Shown piece by piece: positions 58,091-64,000 of a DNA stretch of 64,000 bases. A model generated the notes under the pieces. It did not search any database. It had not been told where the DNA came from and was given only the letters and a program-made list of their open reading frames with translations. Numbering within the stretch: position 1 is the stretch's first letter; each line of letters begins with the position of its first letter. The stretch lies in the IMG/VR virus record IMGVR_UViG_3300047375_000738; one strand, written 5' to 3'. The translations under genes and the position numbers were made by a program. This DNA comes from a virus (Duplodnaviria; Caudoviricetes).

Positions 58091-58165
58091 TGGTAGTCCC
58101 TACGGGAGTCGAACCCGTCTTTCAAGGTTGAAAACCTGGCGTCCTAACCGATAGACGAAGGGACC
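58091..58165 (-). tRNA. trnE: tRNA-Glu(UUC)
   Basis: GGTCCCT/AGGGACT, loop TT-TTC-AA, encoded CCA. Confidence 0.9.
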
Positions 58166-58170
58166 AAGTT

Positions 58171-58245
58171 TGGCTGGAACGGTAGGACTCGAACCTACAA
58201 TCACTTGTACCAAAAACAAGGGCATTACCATTATGCTACGTTCCA
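58171..58245 (-). tRNA. trnQ: tRNA-Gln(UUG)
   Basis: TGGAACG/CGTTCCA, loop TT-TTG-GT, G73, encoded CCA. Confidence 0.9.
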
Positions 58246-58256
58246 TTGCCATTAAA

Positions 58257-58340
58257 TGGTGCGGATGGAGAGACTCGAACTCTCACGCCGTGAAGCACAG
58301 GTACCTAAAACCTGCGTGTCTACCATTCCACCACATCCGC
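58257..58340 (-). tRNA. trnL: tRNA-Leu(UAG)
   Basis: GCGGATG/CATCCGC, long variable arm, loop TT-TAG-GT, encoded CCA. Confidence 0.9.
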
Positions 58341-58342
58341 TA

Positions 58343-58418
58343 TGGTGCCTGTTGAGAGACTTGAACTCCCGACATGATGCTTACAAAGCACCTGCTCTAC
58401 CAGCTGAGCTAAACAGGC
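58343..58418 (-). tRNA. trnT: tRNA-Thr(UGU)
   Basis: GCCTGTT/AACAGGC, loop TT-TGT-AA, encoded CCA. Confidence 0.92.
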
Positions 58419-58859
58419 TTTATTTATTTCGACCTTTAAATGTGTCTGTCTGTGAATGACAGTTAGGACACAACAGTCGGAGATTACTTGGCACATTGTT
58501 CTTATTGTTGCCATCTATATGATCGCACTCTAATACAATGTCTTTGCCGTTATGCTTGCTAATACCACAGCACTCGCAAGTGTAACCTCTTTCACGGGCT
58601 AAGTACCCGCTTTTGTCTTTAATCCAACCTGGAATGTTATTACCCCAAGTATAGTCTTCGTTAAGCCATCTGGTAATTCTGGCTTCTCTTGTGGCAGCAC
58701 CTTGGCAAGCATTGTTACAATACTTGTTAGTGTTTTGCCTAACCCATACATTCTCTTTGCCGCAGTGTAAACAGTTATAAGTTTTCATTGGTGTAATACC
58801 TCCAATGTATTTATCACTGCTCTACCTTTTCTGCACCAGCTGAGCTAAACAGGCTTTAT
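58399..58859. repeat. 25-bp direct repeat (58399-58423 and 58835-58859) duplicating the tRNA-Thr 5' end around the HNH gene
   Basis: ATAAAGCCTGTTTAGCTCAGCTGGT (- strand) occurs twice; a further 10-mer match lies at 58392-58401 and 58817-58826. Confidence 0.9.
58420..58788 (-). mobile_element. HNH (homing-type) endonuclease gene inserted at tRNA-Thr
   Basis: CECCG...LECDHIDGNNKNN..SNLRLLCPNCH; own ATAAATA promoter (58808-58814) and GGAGG SD; flanked by a 25-bp direct repeat. Confidence 0.85.
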
Positions 58860-58930
58860 CTTTTTACTCTACAAATTGGACAAAAATCATTATGATCCAA
58901 TTCAAATTTACATTCAGGACATTTATTCAT
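58856..58930 (-). CDS. 24-aa mini zinc-ribbon ORF MNKCPECKFELDHNDFCPICRVKR
   Basis: CxxC-x10-CxxC; manual translation. Confidence 0.5.
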   Translation of the reverse strand: MNKCPECKFELDHNDFCPICRVKR

Positions 58931-58951
58931 AAAAATACTTATCCTGTATCT

Positions 58952-59042
58952 TGGCGGGCAGCCAGGGATTCGAACCCTGGGAACGCTATTAACGTTCGTC
59001 CGCTTAGTAGGCGGGTGCTTTAAACCACTCAGCCAACTGCCC
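58952..59042 (-). tRNA. trnS: tRNA-Ser with ACU anticodon
   Basis: GGGCAGT/GCTGCCC, long variable arm, G73, loop CT-ACT-AA, encoded CCA. Confidence 0.85.
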
Positions 59043-59047
59043 GTATT

Positions 59048-59266
59048 CTATTCAGTAGGAAACTCTACTACCGTATCGTCATCATTACTAACTATTGTTA
59101 GCATGGGTCTACTGTTGTTGTTATTTGCTGCTTCGTCTTCTTCTAACAGCTCTTCTAGTATGTCTGCAACTTGTTCATCTTCGAAGTGCAAATACTTTTC
59201 AATAATATCTAAACGGCTATCAATCTTATACAGCAATTCTAATATTTCATCAGCTTTAAAACTCAT
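59048..59266 (-). CDS. Small acidic hypothetical protein
   Basis: 72 aa ORF coupled to the upstream gene. Confidence 0.5.
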   Translation of the reverse strand: MSFKADEILELLYKIDSRLDIIEKYLHFEDEQVADILEELLEEDEAANNNNSRPMLTIVSNDDDTVVEFPTE

Positions 59267-59757
59267 TTTGCTGAAATACTTACATTTACAGGAATACGAT
59301 CGCCTACATTATACGAATTATATGTATAGCTTTTGCCAACTACACCATTCCATTCATAACGAATGCGATAGTTTTTAATTTGACGTTCAGTAGTATAACG
59401 ATTTTCTTGGTAACATTGCTTTTCACGTTTGTAGCCAACAATGCCACGTTTTCCTTGATTATTATCAGCAGCAATAATACCGCCTAGCACTGCACCTGCG
59501 GCAGCACCATTGTCTTTACCAGTAACACCTTTACCTAACAGTCCACCAATAATCATACCACCTAGCACATCAGCGCCGCTTGCGCCTCCGCCGGTGTTGC
59601 CATAGATAGGAACTTCAACATCGTTACAAATTGTAACAGGTTGATTGGTTGTTACTTCTTGATAGTTAGCTGTGACGTTAGTAATAGTAGCATAATTTTC
59701 AGCAGACGCTTGTGTAGCAAATGTTGCAATTGCGGCTGTAGCAAGTAAGTATTTCAT
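59263..59757 (-). CDS. Secreted glycine-zipper (2TM) protein
   Basis: Signal peptide MKYLLATAAIATFATQASA; GMIIGGLLG...GAAAGAVLGG. Confidence 0.75.
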   Translation of the reverse strand: MKYLLATAAIATFATQASAENYATITNVTANYQEVTTNQPVTICNDVEVPIYGNTGGGASGADVLGGMIIGGLLGKGVTGKDNGAAAGAVLGGIIAADNNQGKRGIVGYKREKQCYQENRYTTERQIKNYRIRYEWNGVVGKSYTYNSYNVGDRIPVNVSISAK

Positions 59758-59784
59758 AATAACCTCTGTTTTGTTTATACAAAC

Positions 59785-59813
59785 AACATAGCACATTTAT
59801 GTGCTGTTGTCAA
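59785..59813 (-). promoter_or_regulatory. sigma70-type promoter with palindromic spacer
   Basis: TTGACA-17-TATGTT; AGCACAT-TT-ATGTGCT inverted repeat at 59790-59805. Confidence 0.7.
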
Positions 59814-59814
59814 C

Positions 59815-60342
59815 CTAAAAATGCATTTCGTCTTGTTTTATTTTTGGAGTACCAGTAAGCTGTATAGCATATCTATTCTGCATACTAAAATTATATACAG
59901 CATGTGGATCTCCGTTGTCCCAACTGATCCAATCTCCTGCTTTCCATTCTCCAAGTGTAACATCACATGCTTGCGATACTTGTCCAGGTACACTATCTTC
60001 TAGCATAATAACATGTCTAGTAATAGTTTGGTCTGTTAATCCGTGAAAGGTTTTATACTTGCCATACAGGTCTCCGTGTACAGGCAAGTATTGCCCAGGC
60101 GTGAACAAGTTTATTGCTACACTTACATTTTCTAAATCAAACTGCGGTACAATATAATCAAACACAACATTAGGAAAAGGATTGGGTTGAAAGTAATTCC
60201 ACAGTGTCATATACATTTTACTGTGTCCGGTACTAGCAAATTTGTTTAGTAACGCATCGTCTTTATGCGTATCAAATTTGTAGTCTAATGCCTTAAACTC
60301 TTCGATGTCCCACGAAGGATTTATGTGTCCGCTGTTAAACAT
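59815..60342 (-). CDS. 2OG-Fe(II) dioxygenase / cupin-like hydroxylase
   Basis: LPVHGD, PHAVYN, NRYAIQLT; paralog of 5027-5530. Confidence 0.7.
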   Translation of the reverse strand: MFNSGHINPSWDIEEFKALDYKFDTHKDDALLNKFASTGHSKMYMTLWNYFQPNPFPNVVFDYIVPQFDLENVSVAINLFTPGQYLPVHGDLYGKYKTFHGLTDQTITRHVIMLEDSVPGQVSQACDVTLGEWKAGDWISWDNGDPHAVYNFSMQNRYAIQLTGTPKIKQDEMHF

Positions 60343-61238
60343 TTTGATGCAACTTTATATTCAATACAAAATTTTCAACCAGTAGTTTTACAATAGTACT
60401 CATCATAATTGGTTCTTTGAAATTTTCTTCAACACCACCGAATTGCTCAATTACACTACTAGCCATAAGCTCGTATGCCGTTTGTTCATCAATGTTCATA
60501 GCTTGCCAATCAATAGGATCTGTGATCTCTACTTCTCGTGCTAAGTCAGCCAATTGTTTTACTGCTTCAGTCATTGTAATTTTTTCTGTCATATTATTAC
60601 TTACCTATTGGTTCTTGGTTTATAAATTTTTCTGGCATTGCTTGAACAAAACAATTAAGATCTATACGATGTTCGAATAAAAATGTATGTTCATAAACAT
60701 CAGTGTATTCAACTATATCCCATTGATGTTTCATCAACTGTACTTTGCACCAGTCTTTACCTTGTCTCTGGAGATCGCTGTGTAACCGCACTCTATAGTG
60801 ATGATGCTTTTGCCATCGTTTTTTGTATTCAAAAATTTCTATAGGTGTCAATGTATAGTTCCATAGCTAGTTTCATCATTTGCATCAACGTCCCAGAAGT
60901 GTTTGATAACATCTGTAATTGCGTTTGGCACTTCGTCTTCTTCAGAACCCGAAGGTATCCATATGCCCTTTAATCTACCGTCTTTGCTCATAATAAGAGC
61001 ATAGTCGTCCTCTTCTAAAGTGTCTTCAAGTCCTAAAAAATCGTGATTGTGTTCATTGTCCATGCTCATTCCATTTCATAATTTCTGTCTCGCCATCTGA
61101 TCTTTTGCGATAGCGTAGAAACCCATTGTCCATTAGCGATTGAATAGTAGCGTCGATAACAACTTCTTGTTTATCTTTGCCTAGTATATATCCTGCAAAT
61201 GATCCAATAAGATACGTTCCGATAATCCAATATATCAT
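60335..61238 (-). CDS. Four small hypothetical ORFs (60335-60592, 60597-60851, 60848-61069, 61053-61238)
   Basis: Coupled small ORFs; the last has an N-terminal TM segment. Confidence 0.5.
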
Positions 61239-61245
61239 AATGTAT

Positions 61246-61938
61246 TTACTTTCTTAGCTTTACATAGTTTAAACGAGTCATGGGCAAATTAGTATTACGC
61301 TCGAGGTCATATCCTTTTACTTTGGCTGCAATTTCAAAAGTTTTACCAACAGTATACATTTCATTTTTAGTAAAGCAAACAAGATCTTTACCAATAGCGC
61401 CAAAATGCAAATAAGCAGTGCCGCCATTAAAACTATCTGCAAGTGGAATAAGTTTAAGAATTTCTACTTCACCTGTAACACGTTCACCAACTGTACTAAT
61501 ATTCTTACTATCAGCAAATTCAGCTTTGTAACGTAGTTTTAATTCTTTTTCAGCTAGTTCACGATCAATAAATGCAGGCAAATAAGCAATAAGTCCTACA
61601 CGACTAATGTTTGTTTGTTCAGCACTATATGCTGAAAACAGATCTGATTCAAACTGTGGCAAGTCACCTAGTGCCAGCATACTGTATCGACGCATATGCT
61701 TTTCACCTTGCTTGGCAGCTTCACGATCTTCGTCGGTGATTACAATTGGCGTAAAGTCTTCAGGTTTCCAATCAGAATTTGCTGTAAATGTAATAAGCTC
61801 TTTATTACTCCATGTGGTTGGCTTCTCTTCACTGTAACGGCGTGTGTTCTTTTCATATCCGTTGTTTGTGCGGTAAGCTGCATATGCTAATGCAATAATA
61901 TCCTCAGTAGGATGCATGTTAGTGTTCTGTACTTCCAT
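61246..61938 (-). CDS. Hypothetical protein with possible C-terminal OB fold
   Basis: VGERVTGEVEIL...AKVKGY...TRLNYVK; sigma70 promoter. Confidence 0.55.
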   Translation of the reverse strand: MEVQNTNMHPTEDIIALAYAAYRTNNGYEKNTRRYSEEKPTTWSNKELITFTANSDWKPEDFTPIVITDEDREAAKQGEKHMRRYSMLALGDLPQFESDLFSAYSAEQTNISRVGLIAYLPAFIDRELAEKELKLRYKAEFADSKNISTVGERVTGEVEILKLIPLADSFNGGTAYLHFGAIGKDLVCFTKNEMYTVGKTFEIAAKVKGYDLERNTNLPMTRLNYVKLRK

Positions 61939-61970
61939 GGTGCGCCTCGTTTTGTTTGTGCCTATACACT

Positions 61971-61999
61971 AATATAGCATACAGACACACTGTTGTCAA
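61971..61999 (-). promoter_or_regulatory. sigma70-type promoter
   Basis: TTGACA-17-TATATT; includes the upstream TGA stop. Confidence 0.8.
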
Positions 62000-62553
62000 G
62001 CTGATTCATACACAACTTTGTTCTCTTTAGTTTCAAACAAATAATTCCAAACACTAGGCACCATTGTTTGCTTATTACGATCGTTTGGATCTTGGGTATT
62101 TCCTACAGGAATTATGCCAAACTTTGCCTTACAATCTCGAAACAATTTCTTTTCACATTCAATTGTAGCACTGTTAAAAGAATCTACTATGATATTACTA
62201 GTATCCCACAATTCTAAAATAACATTATCTTTGTGTACTTGTATATCAGTAAACTTATCTTCAAAAAGTTTGACAACCACTTGCATATCAGAACCAAAGT
62301 CGCCTGTTAGGGCATTGTGACCAAAGCCATATAAGTTGCCACATTTGCGATACACCCTGTCGCCTATATGCGCTCCTTCGCTCATTCCAATATTCATAAT
62401 GTATTTTACATTCTTATCCTTCACATGGAATGCATAGCAATATTTGCCTAGGTTATTTGCTTTCATTATACGTAGTACCTCCGCAGGCGTCGATACTTCA
62501 TCTAAGAATACCCTATAGTGCGGTTTGTTAAGACTTATCATTTGTTTCTCCAA
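61996..62553 (-). CDS. Possible GIY-YIG-like protein
   Basis: YCYAF...MNIGMS...DRVYRK...ECEKKL...PVGN. Confidence 0.4.
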   Translation of the reverse strand: MEKQMISLNKPHYRVFLDEVSTPAEVLRIMKANNLGKYCYAFHVKDKNVKYIMNIGMSEGAHIGDRVYRKCGNLYGFGHNALTGDFGSDMQVVVKLFEDKFTDIQVHKDNVILELWDTSNIIVDSFNSATIECEKKLFRDCKAKFGIIPVGNTQDPNDRNKQTMVPSVWNYLFETKENKVVYESA

Positions 62554-62854
62554 TTAATCCATCGTAGGTGTTTTCTATTTCCCACTCAAGCCACTGTATG
62601 ACTTGTTCAGTAGATACAGTCTCCCGTATCCACTCATATTTTCCTGTAGTTGTTTGGAACAAGTGATCCCAAAACTCGCCTTTGATACGATCTTCCAAGT
62701 CTTCGATATGGTTGCTAGGACCTGCATAAAGTTTTAACCAATTAACTTCAAAGCCGTTGTGTCCTTCGTACTTGCGTTTACGAGTGTCGGGGTTGCTTGT
62801 GATGCCATAGCATGTACGGCCTAAGTGATTAGTCCATATGTACAGGTAACGCAT
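62528..62854 (-). CDS. GIY-YIG-like nuclease (start revised to MRYLYIW)
   Basis: YLYIW...CYGITSNPDTRKRKY...EDLE. Confidence 0.55.
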   Translation of the reverse strand: MRYLYIWTNHLGRTCYGITSNPDTRKRKYEGHNGFEVNWLKLYAGPSNHIEDLEDRIKGEFWDHLFQTTTGKYEWIRETVSTEQVIQWLEWEIENTYDGLIGETNDKS

Positions 62855-62855
62855 C

Positions 62856-63953
62856 TTAAATACCGTTGTATTTGTTGATGTGCTGGTCTGGCAAGATTGG
62901 AAAGTCCAAGTTGTTTGCATCACAGTAAGCATAGAAGTCTAAGATCAAAATGCTCAACAAACAGTTGTCGCTCCAGCCGCCTGGCAAGTCATGCGAACGA
63001 TTAAACTTCTCCAAACGATTCTTTGCTTGCTTATGAAACTTGCTTGGCGATGCGTATGTAGTCTTGAAGAACTGCATCAGTGCATCCTGCCACTCACGTG
63101 TAACAGTTGTTTTGTTTTTACGTGCAAGTTTAGCATAGCGTCCTAGAGCTAGGATAAAGCCGCCGTCAACACCTTTTTCATTTGCAAAGTATTGATTGTG
63201 CAAGTTCAATGCAAAGTCTAAGTCGTTAATTGCAACATCAAAGTTATCGCTTTCCATTTCAGCAATTTTATTAAGTCCTGAAATGTATGTTACCATGCCA
63301 GGCTTAGCGCCTTGGCCACGTGCTTCAACTGCTGGGCGTGTATACATGTTTGCGCCTTCTACTACGCTCTGAATACGCTCGGCATGTAAATCTTCTGTAA
63401 GTGTACTACCATAGTTACGTACACCACTTACACGACTCTTGTGCATGTAATAAGGCTCAACTGCTTTACGTCCTTTGTAATTGATCAAACGGAACAAGAA
63501 GTTACCAAATGCTTCGCCTTTAGTATTGTTGCCTGGTACTACTGCAAGTGCATCTACAACTTTACATGCAACTGTAAAGTCTTTTTCAATCATACCAGCT
63601 TTCCACAACAAGTACAATGCGACTGCTGTATGTTGACCCTCTGGAATACTATACCGTCCATTGGGCAATTTAATACTGTTTACAACCTGTACTGCTCGCG
63701 GATCAAACGATTCAATAATATGTGCTACGTGATCCCAATCGACATCACGTTGATTGTCTACGTTAATATCCAACAGTTCAAATGCTACAAACTCAACACC
63801 ACCAAAGTCTTTGGTTGTATAGGTACCATTACAACGAGCTCGCAAGCTGTTGATTGCATCTGTAATAAGTTTTTGTGTTGGGGGTGTTTTAGTTGGGCTA
63901 GTACGTGTTTCAAGATCTTCGTATAAATCTTTATCCTGATTACGTTCCATCAA
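62856..63953 (-). CDS. ParB/DGQHR-like (DUF6551-type) protein
   Basis: NQRDVDWDHV..I...FDP...IPEGQHT. Confidence 0.6.
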   Translation of the reverse strand: MMERNQDKDLYEDLETRTSPTKTPPTQKLITDAINSLRARCNGTYTTKDFGGVEFVAFELLDINVDNQRDVDWDHVAHIIESFDPRAVQVVNSIKLPNGRYSIPEGQHTAVALYLLWKAGMIEKDFTVACKVVDALAVVPGNNTKGEAFGNFLFRLINYKGRKAVEPYYMHKSRVSGVRNYGSTLTEDLHAERIQSVVEGANMYTRPAVEARGQGAKPGMVTYISGLNKIAEMESDNFDVAINDLDFALNLHNQYFANEKGVDGGFILALGRYAKLARKNKTTVTREWQDALMQFFKTTYASPSKFHKQAKNRLEKFNRSHDLPGGWSDNCLLSILILDFYAYCDANNLDFPILPDQHINKYNGI

Positions 63954-64000
63954 GTTTTGAATTTTAGCAACACTAAAAGGGTTACGCTTAGGCAGGTTTG

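Noticed and set aside
58808-58859. Second tRNA-Thr gene, or a tRNA split by an intron
   Set aside because: Only the 5' acceptor strand and D-arm are present, with an insertion and no anticodon or T arm. The downstream copy is already complete, and no group I intron core is visible.
58952-59042. Reading the tRNA-Ser loop as a CUA amber suppressor
   Set aside because: CTA occupies positions 32-34; the 7-nt loop with U33 places ACT at 34-36. Long genes also read through in code 11 and end normally at TAG, so there is no sign of recoding.
659-63926. Numerous short + strand ORFs, and nested - strand ORFs, in the track
   Set aside because: They are antisense or out-of-frame shadows of well-supported - strand genes and have no motifs or SD. 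Only phoH and 46245-46532 are credible on +.
1-64000. CRISPR array, rRNA, integrase or transposase
   Set aside because: No regularly spaced repeats, rRNA signatures or recombinase motifs were seen by eye.

Overview
A 64 kb AT-rich segment of a large T4-like (jumbo-type) myophage; almost all genes are on the - strand. It encodes a family B DNA polymerase, clamp loader, ThyX, PhoH, a DexA-like exonuclease, two MazG-like proteins, UvsE, QueD, a proteostasis set (ClpA, ClpP, DnaJ, GroES-like protein, peptide deformylase), Fe-S helpers (FdxA, A-type carrier), a lysis cassette, baseplate and tail-fibre genes, putative internal head proteins, islands of modification enzymes (radical SAM, 2OG-Fe(II), sulfotransferase-like, glycosyltransferase-like) and 8 tRNA genes. 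The FdxA sequence points to an alphaproteobacterial, probably Rhodobacterales-like, host (inference). Two promoter classes are readable: sigma70 TTGACA-N17-TAnnnT and T4 late-type (A/C)TAAATA. The top finding is an apparent ribosome-mediated transcription attenuator at 57450-57612. A 20-codon leader ORF missed by the ORF track (MLKTISICIIYWPPNNRGTS) has four AUA codons, then UGG, then CCA-CCG. It is followed by mutually exclusive antiterminator and terminator hairpins, and then by exactly the tRNAs that read those codons: Trp(CCA), Ile2-like(CAU) and Pro(UGG). The model is that the phage transcribes these tRNAs only when they run short. Also notable: a tRNA-Ser with the rare ACU anticodon, an HNH gene inserted at tRNA-Thr with a duplicated tRNA 5' end, a candidate ~200-nt structured ncRNA, and ligase-like and nucleotidyltransferase enzymes with capsid-targeting-like leaders. 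All family assignments come from motifs read by eye; no searches were run.
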